The notes beneath the pieces were generated by a model that did not search any database, was not told the DNA's origin, and saw nothing but the letters and a program-made list of their open reading frames with translations. A DNA stretch of 60,501 bases, counting the filler, from Hausera hauseri (lineage: Eukaryota): assembly GCA_046269625.1 (NCBI GenBank). It is 10 parts of 10 records of this genome, joined end to end, with 100 filler letters (N's around TTAATTAATTAA, not from the genome) between each part and the next. Parts side by side here need not be neighbours in the genome. Positions count along the whole stretch, not along the records: positions 27,628 to 38,938 come from JBJURY010108875.1; positions 39,039 to 44,388 come from JBJURY010273619.1; positions 44,489 to 48,569 come from JBJURY010773538.1; 7 more parts are not named here. One strand, written 5' to 3'. Within the stretch, counting starts at the first letter, position 1. Every line of letters starts with the position of its first letter. A program made the translations under genes and the position numbers. Of the stretch, positions 35,301 through 47,436 are shown piece by piece.

Positions 35301-37720
35301 TTTTGTACAACGTGTAGAGGTGATGACCAAGGAGATTCGGAACGGCATACTATGTCGGAACGTTGTAGTTCAAGAAATTCGGCTTCAACAACCTGTCTAC
35401 GACGAGGTGACAGAGGCCGTACTTTTTGGCGTATCGGACGTTGGTGCAGTGTGACTATGCGGTGTCAAGTGCTGTTTGCGGGAGTAAAGGTACGGTCTTT
35501 TTTAAGTACTCGTTCACATGATGTGTTGCCGAACTGTTGTAAAGTTGTAGGTAACTGTGAGAGATTCGGTGAAAGTGGTGAAACGGCTTAAGTAGTAGCA
35601 GATGCAATGTGTGAGTTGTTTGGTGATGTGCAGTCAAGTAGTATTTGGTGTAAGATGGTTGAATTGAAAATGGTGTTGGATAAAGTATTGTTGTCGAATG
35701 AGTTAACGTTGGTGGTAGTACCACAATTATCGACATCGAACCTCGATCGTATATCAATATTATTATTTAAAAATTTACGAATGGAATTATTGTTACAAAA
35801 ATCAAATTATTCCCTGACTTTCTTAAGATTGACTTCCGCATTCCGGTCGACTGCGCGGTAATCGAAACGCTATTTACATGTCTAGAAATGTCGCCAGTGG
35901 TGCCGTTCCTCAAACATCGTTGACTGCAGACAACCAGTAAATTATAGTGTTAGAGAAAGTCTGACCCTAAAATTGCCGTCTAGACGTTAGCGACTGTGAA
36001 CGTCCAGTGGAAAGGTGTTGAAAAATTTTGTAAAGAGAAACATAATTTAGCCGTGCCAAAAATGTGCAGCGGTTGGCCTGAAGTAGTGTATAATGGCTTG
36101 ATCTTGAATGGAGAAATTTGTGCAGGGAAGGTTTGTGGTAATAAAGAAATCGCTGCACCTGTATCGATGAGAAAGTCAAGAGATTGTGTTGTAGGAGCAG
36201 TGATTGCCGCCTTTAGTGTAAAGACAGCAAAAGAGACGTGTCGGTGTTGAGAATGTGAAGTTGTGCCTTTGCCAGAGTTTGCCGTGACTTCTGGCGCCGA
36301 ACTTAGTTTTTTTCGAAGGGTAAACTAGGACGACTATTAGAAGGAAAGGCAGTACGTCCGTCGTTCGTGTTGGATTTAAAAGTGTAGCCTGGAATACATT
36401 TACGAGCTTGGTTTTTGAACCTTGCATGGTAGATGCAAACAACTGTGTCCGAGGAAAAATTCTTGTTGTAAACTTGCACCCTAGGCAGCACTTCTGAGTA
36501 TTAATGTTAAATCTGCTGTGGTAATAGCAGATCGACGAACGCGCAGGCGATGGTGAACAGTTTCTAGACATAGAACGGGCGCGGTCAGCGGCAAAACCTT
36601 TTCGACGGGACAGTGGCAATTCGTTTATTTTATTGTTGATGTTGTTGATTGTTGCGTGTAGTGCAATGTTTTCAGCACGTAGCTGATTACGCTGTTGTTC
36701 TATGGATTTATTATCTTTAGCGGCAACTGTTGCTAAAATGACTGGTGGAGAATTTACGTGTAAGACATCATATGTCCTATCGGCTAATTCGGCCAATTTC
36801 TCAAGCGGCGTGGAGTCCCCCACCACGGTAAGTGGGGCCCGGATTTGGATGTGTAACGCATTAAGGAAATAGTGGCGCAGTAGATCTGAACCGTGCTCTT
36901 TAGTGACGCCAAGGATATGTAGATGTGCTAAAGAGGTGCGTAAAAATTCTAATGGCCGTTGGGAGCCTATCACGTTGTCATGGAAGAAACGTTGTATAAT
37001 CGTGTCCATGGAAGGTTCACTGATCTTTAGGACTGCGTTAAAAAGTTGGGAATATGGATCTGAAAGTTGAAAGATTTCGATGATGTTGTGAATGCGGGTC
37101 TTGATGTTATTAGGCAGTAGGAAAAAAATATTATGTGCTGTAGTTAAAGAGTCACTGATGTTATTTGCCTGTAGCCAAAGCTGATGGAATTGCAACCAAG
37201 TTTTGCTACAGCCTTGGTTGTCAATGAAAAATTCGGTGCAGTTAGGGAAAGGAACGGAAGAGGTAATAAATGGGAGGTTGCTAGCAGGGTTAGGAGTTGG
37301 TTTTTGGAACAATATAACAGGTATTGGTTTCGCGGTGGTTTTATCCGTGGAGTCAATGGTTGGCGAAGATTTCATGCCACCACGGATACAGAGATGTATG
37401 TGGAAGCAAATTTGGCTTGAGAAAAATGGTAGGGTTCCGGTGAGAGGTATGATAGCGCCGTTATGGGTGAAATAAAAATCGGAAGAATTGGGTAAAAAAG
37501 AAATGGAGATACGAAGGGTTGGGATGTGTGGATGTGATGTATTAAGGGTGTAAATATGTGTATTGTTGATAAAAAGAAAATAGAAGGGGAAGAAGTCGTG
37601 CGCCTGGGACGTGGTGTGGGGCCGACGCGAAAAGCGCCATCCGACCAACCGGCGCAGGGTTGACGGTCGAGTCTTCCGCCACAGCGGGGCGAGCAACAAA
37701 ATGCAGGGTGGCCGAGTTTC
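32383..37720 (-). mobile_element. Near full-length copy of the Ubl-Gag Ty3/Gypsy family (degenerate gag, PR, RT, RH, IN) with very short GC-rich terminal repeats
   Basis: FHIHLCIRGG|MKS (GG 37376-37381); Gag; slippery AAAAAAC 36306-36312; FLIDTGA; RT YIDD (34947-35348); RH LTTDA (34261-34695); IN (33668-34264); GPY (32696-33322); PPT GGGGGGTGGTGA ~32464-32475 then TGTGG..CCACA 32383-32463 resembling 37615-37683. Confidence 0.95.
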
Positions 37721-37734
37721 CCCTCAAATCGCAC

Positions 37735-38800
37735 AATATCGGGATGTTGTCTGGTATAAATGTTTGGAATATTTGATCAAGGTTTCGAATTCCGTCAGAA
37801 AATTGATAAAAATGTGAATAATTTGTAGTTGGGTTCATTAATCCACATCGAACAAAAGCAATAATATCCGCTGCGATTCTTGGTAGTTTGGACAAAGACG
37901 CAAAATGTAAACTTTCGAAAAATCGTTTACAAACATCTAAGGGCCTTGGTTGTGCTGAATAAACGTGAACATTACTACGTAGTCGACTTTGGTGACGTTT
38001 ACAGTTAAAATCTGGGGGCATCTGTGGCTGAATAGCTACAATGACTCTTGCAACAGAACGTATCAGTCTCGATACAACTCGTTTTACTTTAGATAATTTA
38101 TTTGATATTTGCATTTTTTCATGTTGCAGTTGTTTATTAATTGTATTCAAAAGAATATCAACAGATGATGATGGCGTTTTCGCAATCAAGGTAAAAACAA
38201 ACTGATCCAATTGTTCCGAAAAACTTTGATAATTCAAAAATACTTCATCGTCGGAAAGCGGGTTTATTCCATTGGTGTTAAACATATTCACATTATTAAC
38301 AATACCGCTTAACCAATCTGATTTATCACCAGCGAGAAATAATATTTCTATAGCGGACCAGTTGGACAAAACTGAATCAAGAGCGTTTACCGCAAAATTA
38401 GATGGTTCAAGTCCGTATTCAGGCATAGGAGGATCATATGATGGATGCTGTGGTTCCAATATACCAGAGTGTGGAACAACAGCTGCGTTATTAATATTAG
38501 TATGTCTACCATTCAGAACAGATAACGGATAACGCCTATTTGAATTTCTGTATTGTTTGTGTTCTCTGATCTGTCTATCAACAGCTTTAACAAGAGATAG
38601 TAGAAGGTGTTCCTTTCGACGATTCGGCAATGTAGCAAAGTCAGTGTGGTGAAGTAGTTTTTTAGTAGTTCTTGCCTGCTAACAATATCTCCAATAATCA
38701 ATGCTTTACAGCGACAATTTTGCCAACAATCACAATAAGCTGTTGGTGAAGTTTTCTTTAAATGGCAATTATGACCTTTGTGACAGCCTTTGGCACATTC
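37735..38800 (-). pseudogene. UBR5: UBR5/hyd E3 ligase fragment (second half of UBR box and downstream region), intronless, frameshifted, ending at the Gypsy leader
   Basis: [69 protein letters not shown]. Confidence 0.9.
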
Positions 38801-38938
38801 TCGCTTGCAAACCTCACGCACACATTTGCGGATAGGTAGGAAAGAGGCATTAATAATTTATTGATAAGTTTCAGCGCCGCACTTGTCACAAATGTAAGTG
38901 GCTACTTTCATCAAAGGTTTAACTTGAGTAGCCCGAGT
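38801..38938 (-). pseudogene. MCM7: MCM7 N-terminal zinc-finger fragment joined in frame to the UBR5 fragment
   Basis: [43 protein letters not shown] matches MCM7 TR.SEVKP.M.VATYTCD.CGAETYQ. Confidence 0.8.
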
Positions 38939-39928
38939 NNNNNNNNNNNNNNNNNNNNNNNNNNNNNNNNNNNNNNNNNNNNTTAATTAATTAANNNNNN
39001 NNNNNNNNNNNNNNNNNNNNNNNNNNNNNNNNNNNNNNTATTTGTTTCTGTCTTGAATTTTTGTGGTTATTTAATTAATTTTACTGATTTTATTTATTTT
39101 ATTTTTTGTAAGGTGGAACCTTACAAGGCTCCCCCGCCTGAAAAATAAAATTAAAATTAATCAATAATTTTAATTTTTAAATTTTACGTAATTTAAATGT
39201 CAAAATTTGAGAATTGTGAAATTGGAAAAAATAACTCAGGATTCACGAAATATTGCCATAGTTTTGGTTGTGCACATAATTTAGATTTTTCTTAAAATTT
39301 AGTTATTGTAATATTTCGATTTTAAAAGATACGAGATTCGTTTGGCTCAGATTTGTTGACTTATCAATTGTTTGGTTACAGTTCGCAATTTAAGTTTACT
39401 CTCCGTTTAAAAATTGATACATTCCACAAATTAAACAGATGAAATGAATTTCCATTGCATGTAATAAGCGTTTTATGTACAAATTTTAATGTACGGCGTT
39501 ATAACGATTTTCTATGGAAATAAAACTGATGATGCAGTAATGATAAAATATATTGGATATTAAAACTTCATAAGATGCGCAACTGTTTATAGTATTAAAA
39601 CGTAATTAAATATATATGGCATAGTTCTAATTTATTCCAAAAACATAAAACTAATGATAATAAAATACACCAGGGATTTTATTTCCAAGAATGACTAAAA
39701 TTAGATGAATTTCTACATTTTTAGTAATCATAAATTAGAGCATTTCCGAATATTTTATTATTAATAAAATTATGTGGTCGTTATTAAGCATTAAACACGT
39801 TCAGAAATCAGCCGAATTTGCCCAACGAAAACAATTTATTTTTTACTATATAGTTTAAAGAAAGAAAATTTATTACAAACATGTGATTTAAATATATTTT
39901 TCAATGAAAATCACTTTCTGAAGTTAAC

Positions 39929-40925
39929 ATGCTCAGTCAAATTGATTCCATCACCAATATCGGTAAAGTGGAGCGATGCAAAATGGTTATATTATCCAGC
40001 GGAAAATCAACATTCTGCACGTTGGTGCACACGTGTCAATCGAAAATTTCCAAATTCCCTAAGCCTGTCGTATGCTCCATGGAGTCCAAGGAATCTATTA
40101 TTGATTTTGAAGTACTTGGAAAAGACAACGAAATATTTGTTTATGTTCTTGTTGAGAGGAACATTTTCAGTTATTCGTGTAAAGGACGAAAATCAGTAGA
40201 TGGCAAAGGCGAAATAGGTGAGATGCGAAATTTTATGACGGTATCTATTTTGGATAATTGTAATAGCGCATGAATTAAAATTTGTTCGCTGATTGTGTGT
40301 GTGCAAATGGTTTATTTCTTTCTAAAAACAGATTTTTGGTGTGACCAATAAGGTTTTTGTTAGCAATTTAGTCAAATTATAATTTATGTAATTTTTGTTT
40401 TTGTCAGAATTTCCATGCAAATTCGATGTCACCAACAGGCTGTCATTCGAATGCAGTGATCCTATTTCCGTCAAAGTCAGTCGCAACGGATCCGTCATTG
40501 CCATTAGCAACAAAATTGGTGAAATTATTATGTTGGGCATCAATGAAAATTGCCAAATTGAAGACACCAACAGAGTCATTCTGCAATCAAAATCGTCTAT
40601 GGTCGTCCGTGACATTTCTCCTGATGCTGAATATTTACTGACGTTCTCAGCTTGTCTGCAACGATCCGAATTGTGGCGTGTTGAAAAATGCGAGAAATTG
40701 ATCGAGTTATTTTATGCAGATGATGCGCAGTTGGCCGATTGTTGTTTCAGTCGACAGGAATCTGTTAGTCATCTGTACAGCGTGTTGGAGGGATACAACA
40801 TCCAGCATGGTTACCGCATTGTCATACGCAATTGCTCAAATTTCACTATTACCAGAACGACCGTTGTCAGTGATAAGCACTGCCGCAATGTTTATGCCGG
40901 CTTCTTCGGGCATATGTTTTATTAA
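39929..40925 (+). CDS. Probable beta-propeller/WD40-like host gene exons
   Basis: Two ORFs separated by an intron-like AT-rich stretch; PISVKVSRNGSVIAI..GEI, DISPDAEYLLT, CCFS repeats. Confidence 0.4.
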
Positions 40926-41891
40926 AATGTAATTTGAGTACGACTTTTTGTAGTTTACTGAAGGCAACTTTCTTACGTAAATGTTTTTCTAATATGAATC
41001 ATTTTCAATTCGTGTTTTAAATTTCTGATCAGTCATTTTATTTTATTTGACTAATAAAGTATAGTACCAGTTACGTAAATTTCAATTAAATGAATAATTA
41101 TGGACAGTTAATTCTGAAATCCCGATGACTTCTAAAAACTCGTGGAATTTTTCTTGTGCTCTCGTTAAGATTCAATTATCTGTATATGCTTTCCTTTTTA
41201 TACAATTAAGACAGGCTTTTAACATGGACACAAATCTAAATTTCCTGTAATGATAAATGGTAAATAATTTTGAATTGAATGGATTGTAAATACTTAAGGT
41301 CAGTGAAATGTGTTACTTTTGCATCATAAGTTTGATACAAATTTAGGCTCAATGTATTGGAAATATTTGCAATTTTATCAAGAGCAATCCGAAAGCCTCT
41401 CCTGAACAGCAGAAAGAAGTCATACAAGAAGAAATTGCAAAATTCGCTGCAGCTCTCAGTCAATTATAACTCATAACTTGTGATTTTACAAATTAGTCTT
41501 GTTTCTTTAGTAAAGTTTTTGTTGTTCTACCATATTTTTGCATGAAAATTATCAGGATGAGTTCCGTTCCATAGGAGTGGATTTTGCAAGTCTGTCGATT
41601 TAACTAAAAAAGTCGATCTTCATCAACGCAAACTAAGTGTTTGTAACGCATTTTATGAATCATGTAGTATATTTTTGTTTTATTGAATTTCCTTGGACAA
41701 TCTAAACATTCTTAATAAAATTTGCACTACTCTTGATTAGATATCATCTAAATTTAGTTTTTATGAAAAAATTATGTGATACACAAATTAAATGGTATTA
41801 AATAAAGAATGTTACTATATAGAATTGTCGAGTTGCGCTATAAACATTAAGTTTGTGTTGCATTAATTTTTGAATAGGACTCTACAACAAC

Positions 41892-41909
41892 CGGTGCCGT
41901 GACCAGGAT
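41892..41909 (+). promoter_or_regulatory. PBS-like motif (tRNA-His type, GGTGCCGTGACCAGGAT) after ..ACAACA; relic of an LTR element 5' end
   Basis: Close match to the TGGTGCCGTGAC..GGAT PBS consensus following a CA end. Confidence 0.5.
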
Positions 41910-42127
41910 AGTAATTCTAATGATACTGCGTCACACCAAATCTCATTGTATATATGGTTCCCCAAACGTAGCTTAATATTTACGGCACTTCTTGTATACT
42001 CGGTTCACAATGGGAAAATTTATTAAAGTTTAATTGTTTACAAAATTTTTAAACGTTATGAAAAATAAAATTAATTAGACGATAGATCCTATGAAAAAAA
42101 TTTGTGAAGTCAGATTCCATGGAGGAT

Positions 42128-42696
42128 TTAAACCACTAAAGAACCGTTTGGCACGCCACTGTCAGAAAGCACTGTTGAGGAATGGTACAAAACCGTTTCA
42201 TCTTGTGAGAATTTTGAGACCACTGGTGTCCTTATAGCTCTACCGAATACCATCTCTGTGAGAAAGGCCCCTCTAGTCCTCGTGGATATTCTGTGATGAT
42301 GCAGAATTTTTTTGTAGAAATTCTTCAAAACTAATTTTCATTGTATTGAAGCTCCATGCCTTCGCTGCCTGTTTCACGGTCTGGACAATCCGTTCGGCTG
42401 CTCCATTAGATCTGGGGTTATATGGGGGTTTCTATCTTTGACGTTCCTTGTTTCTGTAGCCATGCGTTAAGTCTTGTACTCACGAACTCCAGACAGTTGT
42501 CCGATAACACAGTTGGGAGAACTCCAAATGTTGTGAAAACTGTTCGTAGACATTTTATAACGGTGTCTGTAGAGCGCTCGTTACAGCGAAATGCTTCAAT
42601 CCAACCTGTTCCTGCGTCCATGATGATTAGCACGTTTCCAATGATTGTTATATGTGCCAAATTGATGTGCATTATTTCAAATGGTTCAGGAGACAA
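42128..42696 (-). mobile_element. Ty3/Gypsy integrase core fragment (Mag/K02A2.6-like)
   Basis: PFEIMHINLA, IIMDAGTGWIEA, FGV..TVLSDN..EF, PRSNGAAERIV. Confidence 0.85.
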
Positions 42697-43609
42697 AGCA
42701 TCAACATCAATTATTTCATCTACATCATTTTGTAAAAATACATTTTCATTTACCTAATAAAAAATTATAAAATTAAATTAAAACAATTATTTACATTTTC
42801 AAGAATAATTTCCTCATGCTCGTAATCCTCACTAATACTCTGCCATAAATCATCAAGATCAACAGTATCATTTTGAGTCATTATATTGCGTAAAATATTG
42901 TAAAAATAATGATTTAATTTCATAAATACACCATTATATATGGACGTTTGTTTTACTAAATTAATTTATTAACCTTGATATAATTTTCTTACCTAAGAAA
43001 CATTTAGAAAATAAATGAGTAACCAATTAGAAGACGGTAAATACGATTGGCTACTCAAATAATGAAAAAGGTTTTATCGGGGTAGAAAAATATTAAAATA
43101 GTAACCAATAAAATAAATCGAATTAATTTAGTGCCAAAATACTACTGATAATTGTCAGTAGTTTAAATTAAAATAATAAATAAAAATCAAATCAGCCGAA
43201 AAATCACCGAACAATTATTAGTCAAAATTATACTACTTATAAATATAAGTAGTTTAAATTAATTCTGTGTCTCAATTAAATGACTAATAAAGTACATTAC
43301 GATAAATCATCACTAATTCTATTAATAGCACAGTGACTACACTAATTGCTTTGTCAGCGGCAATTCTTGGAATTTCAGTGCAAATTTATTTTAATTCCAG
43401 GAATTACATTTATTCATATCCTTTTATATTTTTATGCCACATTTATTTACTTATCTTATTTTATTATTTTATATTATTGTGAAGGAATAGGTTTGGAGTG
43501 AAATAGAAGTCAGAATGAAAATTTACAAAAAGAAATTAGCACAATCAGTTATTATTTCATACAAAGAAATGAAACCTTTTTAAGGATATTTAGCTTTTCT
43601 TTTTCACAG

Positions 43610-43778
43610 AACCCTTCTCATCTGGTGAAAGTGTCATGCTTACAAGCAGTTCATATCACAGATTCAACAGGAAACAGAAGACAGTTTTTAATAGCTGCTG
43701 ACAATGCAAATAGAATTCACATTATCTGTAATGGAGAAATTGTATCATCCCTAGTCACACCAGCAAACATTACAGCAG
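43610..43778 (+). CDS. Single exon of an unidentified host gene
   Basis: Polypyrimidine..CAG acceptor before, GTGAGT donor at 43779, open frame between. Confidence 0.3.
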
Positions 43779-44488
43779 TGAGTGGGAAACGTTCTGTGTC
43801 ATTTTAAGCATTTCTGTGTGTGCCATCTTTTTTTTTTCTTCTTGTTGACTTCAGACATCTCTGTGCAAGCCATGGGAACCTTCTCTGTTCCTGTGGGGTG
43901 CATGGAGTCCATAGGGCTTCACAAACATAGGGTTAGCTTGAATGAAACACCGAGAATATGCCACCCTTACTCCCCCTCATCCTTACAAACAAAATAAAAC
44001 TACGGACTGAGAGTGACATCCACTTAATAGTCTTTGGTACGATATGCATGTATATGGTATCGAGATAACTATTCCACTGGATGTAGAGAGTTAATTGTGG
44101 CAGGGCAAACTCAACAGCAACAATAATAAATGTGCCGAACCAAGTGGGCACAACATTATTCAAACCCAGCTGCTAATGCTGGACAAGGCAGAGTACTGAT
44201 AAATCAAACACTATCTTTATTAAATTAAAGAATAGAATTATCAAGATCAAAGATTACATGCATGCATATCATCAACAGGAAAAGGAAAAGACAAAACTAA
44301 AGCCTACAACTAAGACCAATCAGCATCACCTGTTCTTTAAGCAAAACAATAGAGAGGATAATAAACAACAGACATTTGATTCCTGGAANNNNNNNNNNNN
44401 NNNNNNNNNNNNNNNNNNNNNNNNNNNNNNNNTTAATTAATTAANNNNNNNNNNNNNNNNNNNNNNNNNNNNNNNNNNNNNNNNNNNN

Positions 44489-44990
44489 GCAGAACCGTCT
44501 GCTTACTTCAACAAAATCGAACAGCTGGTGAAGGGCATCCTTAGTCACAATGTAACATTGGAAGCTCTAACAGAGGAATTGATGATGTACTGTTGCGACA
44601 ATCCAGAAATGAGAAAGGAAATCTACCACAGAGACGAAAATAATCGTAGAAATCAAAGAGAAAACACAGAAAGTCCACGAAGTAGCAACAAGGACGGAAG
44701 AGAAAAACACAGTCAGAGAATAGACTAAAGAGCGTCGACTGAGTTATCGGGATGTGGTGGTGCACAAATTTGCTAAACTATGACAGGAAAGGAGAGGTTT
44801 CAAACTACACAATACGCAGGCAAAGAGTAGGATGAAATGCTGGTTATGCCAGAATGACGGGCATATAAGCAGGATGTGCAACCTCCAACAAGCACCAATA
44901 TGTTTTGCTTGCGGGAAAGGTCACATTAACAGGAATTGTCCGGAAGGAAAACCCATAATACGCCATGGGTGCGGTCAGCAAGGACACACT
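44489..44990 (+). pseudogene. Gag fragment with triple CCHC zinc knuckles
   Basis: KCWLCQNDGHISRMC..CFACGKGHINRNC..GCGQQGH; homologous to 21700-21932. Confidence 0.8.
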
Positions 44991-45195
44991 TATTTTTCCT
45001 CCTATTTTACACATCCACCCACCTAGTGAAGTAGCTCTAAAAGCAAATATATTATAGTTATATTGATGATATATCAAGGGACGCAATGGGATCATTTTAT
45101 TTTGGCTCAAAATCAGAAAGACAAACAAAATTAACTACCAAAGTCAATACGAAAAATATATTTAATTTAAATTGTACATTCAATAAAATGCCATT

Positions 45196-45497
45196 TTATT
45201 TCCCCTTTTTATTGCCAGTTTTCGTTTTGGCTTTCTTTACAGCGGGCTCCTTTTTCCCATCTGCTTTGGCCGGTGGCTGCAAAGGTACAATCAGGTTGTG
45301 TACATAAAATATATTACGCGTTTGTTGGTAATGTTTGTTGATGGTTTAGCTGTGAAAAAGGAATCAATGCGAATTTGGGTCGTCGTACTTCGTGCTTTTA
45401 TCAACCGCTGAATACCGCTCTTGATACGATCCTCTCTACGAGTAATCGTAACGAATGGGCACTACCCATGAATTCTTACCGGAATTGATTCTTTGGA
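45196..45497 (-). pseudogene. FEN1: FEN1 3'-end fragment: partial exon, 44-nt intron, exon 45318-45435, 41-nt intron, terminal exon 45196-45276
   Basis: Spliced reading KNQFREDRIKSGIQRLIKARSTTTQIRIDSFF (PIP box)..KKAKTKTGNKKGK*; GT..AG introns 45436-45479 and 45277-45317; homology stops upstream of ~45497. Confidence 0.85.
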
Positions 45498-45929
45498 TCC
45501 TAAAGCTGGACGATTAGAAAGGGCTAAAGATTTCGAAAGACTAAAAAAACTTTGCAGAAAGATTTTTCTGATGGTGCTTTGATAAGAAAGCATTAAGCAC
45601 ATTTTATGGCTATTTAAGAAGTTTGGAGGAGTTAAGTGCGTTTGTTGTCTGTCTATTCAATACAAGCAATGTAAGTAGGTAGAAGTGAGTGTTCTGTCGC
45701 ACTTCTCTGATTGGTCAGCTGACCAGATTTTCCACCTGATTGGCTATTGTGAGCATTTCACTAAAATTTTCCCATGACGCCGCCCCTAGCCGAAAAGAAG
45801 GTCGAGCAATGGACTTAGGACTGAGTGATATCGATAGCATGTGACGATCTGAGCAAACGTTAATAGTGGTGAGGCTTTGAGAAATGTAAGTGAGAGGCGC
45901 TAATAGAGGAAGAATCAAAACAGGAAATG

Positions 45930-46835
45930 TGCCACGCGTAACGCGAAACGTGTTGCTAGCATTTACAAGATGTGTACAAAGGGTAAATCGATGTTGGCAA
46001 ATCCAATGGACACGATTGCGACTTAATAAGATAATGGAAACATGGGGAAAAATCAATAGGAAAATTTCAAAAGGGGAAAATTTCCCCTTACACAAATCAA
46101 ACGGTGATGGAAATGGGTTGAGCTCATAGCACATCAGTAGTTGAGCATTTCATATTATAGCCGCCTTACGATCAGACCAAAGGATCCAGGTGAAAATGGC
46201 AACCGAACGAACAAACAAACCTAAAAAACGCAATGTTAATGTCAAAATCAGTGTAGTAGGTAGAAGTGTCCGCTCCACCCCCATCCCAAAAAGTGCTCAG
46301 ATAGACATTGGACCTAGTTTTCCCCACGTATCTCGCAATTCTGAGCATTTCATGTTTTGTGGTCAGAGACCCCCAGCCGGAAGCACATGTCACATGTCGT
46401 ACATGTCACCGATGGTAATCGGTAGAGCTCGATGAGTGGAGAAAAATTGTCTCGCGCGGCGAGAGTCGAAAATTTTACTGGGCGGCACTAGAAGAAAAAG
46501 AAGCAAAACATGAAATTTTTTATGAGAAACGAGACACGAGTTACGAATTGCTCAATGTTCAGTGCAAATATCAAACCGATGTCGGGGAATCGAATGCGCA
46601 CAATTTCAACTCGGTCTGACCATGAGAACATGGGGAAGAATTGATGAGAAAATTTCAAACTGTGAAAATTTCCCATAGTTCAAGTCAGCTGGTTATGGAA
46701 ATGGGTTGAGCACGCAGCCCATCAGTGGTTGAGCATTTAATATTATAGCCGCCTCACGATCAGACAAATGGATCGGGGTGTGAAAAATGTGCAACCGAAC
46801 GAACGAACAAACGAAAAAACGCATGGTTAAAAAGT
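45930..46835 (+). repeat. Diverged direct duplication, period ~600 bp
   Basis: AACATGGGGAA..GAAAATTTCAAA..GAAAATTTCCC..GGAAATGGGTTGAGC..CATCAGT.GTTGAGCATTT.ATATTATAGCCGCCT.ACGATCAGAC at ~46040-46180 and ~46625-46765. Confidence 0.85.
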
Positions 46836-47365
46836 CAAAATCTCGTTTTGTTTTGTAAAAAGTCGTTTACGACGACCACGATGAGCTCATGATGGAGTAC
46901 TCTAGACTTACAAGGAGAGTGATTGTGATGAAAAGTCACACATGTCATATTGTTTCTCATGATTTGTTCAAAAGAAAAACAACAGCAATAAAATGATACA
47001 CATATATTTATATAGTTCACAAAGGTAATTGTAATGTAAGCCATAATAAACAGTAATTTCCACACAGTATAATCATTGAATGTTGATAATGAACTCGATT
47101 ATATTCAACAGGGTATGATGATAATGATTGCCGTTCAATTTGAGAAACTAACGATGACGGATAATAAAATCCGAGCGGATTGAATACTCTGACGACGTTG
47201 GTCTGATAGTGGACATACGCAGCAATCCAATGTGTGTATTGACAATAAAGCCGCCGGATTGTCGTAAATCACGCGACACACAGTTCAGTAGAAACACGCC
47301 ACGAAATTTCACGCCCAAGAGCAGTTTTCGGTAGTGATTGAGCTCGGTGGAGCTAAATGTGAATT
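46835..47365 (-). pseudogene. Polinton/Maverick adenain-like cysteine protease, degenerate
   Basis: STELNHYRKLLLGVKFRGVF, FIVNT, HWIAAY, FNPLG, CGNYCL across shifted frames; directly downstream of the capsid gene. Confidence 0.75.
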
Positions 47366-47436
47366 AAGTATAATAGTAATAGTAGTAATAAATTAGTTCT
47401 TAATACGACGAAGAAGTGAGACACATCAGATTTTAT

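Noticed and set aside
36176-38630. A functional UBR5 + ubiquitin-like Gag 'ubiquitin operon' or fusion
   Set aside because: UBR5 is a frameshifted fragment in a different frame that merely reads into the element leader; the other three Ubl-Gag copies have unrelated flanks
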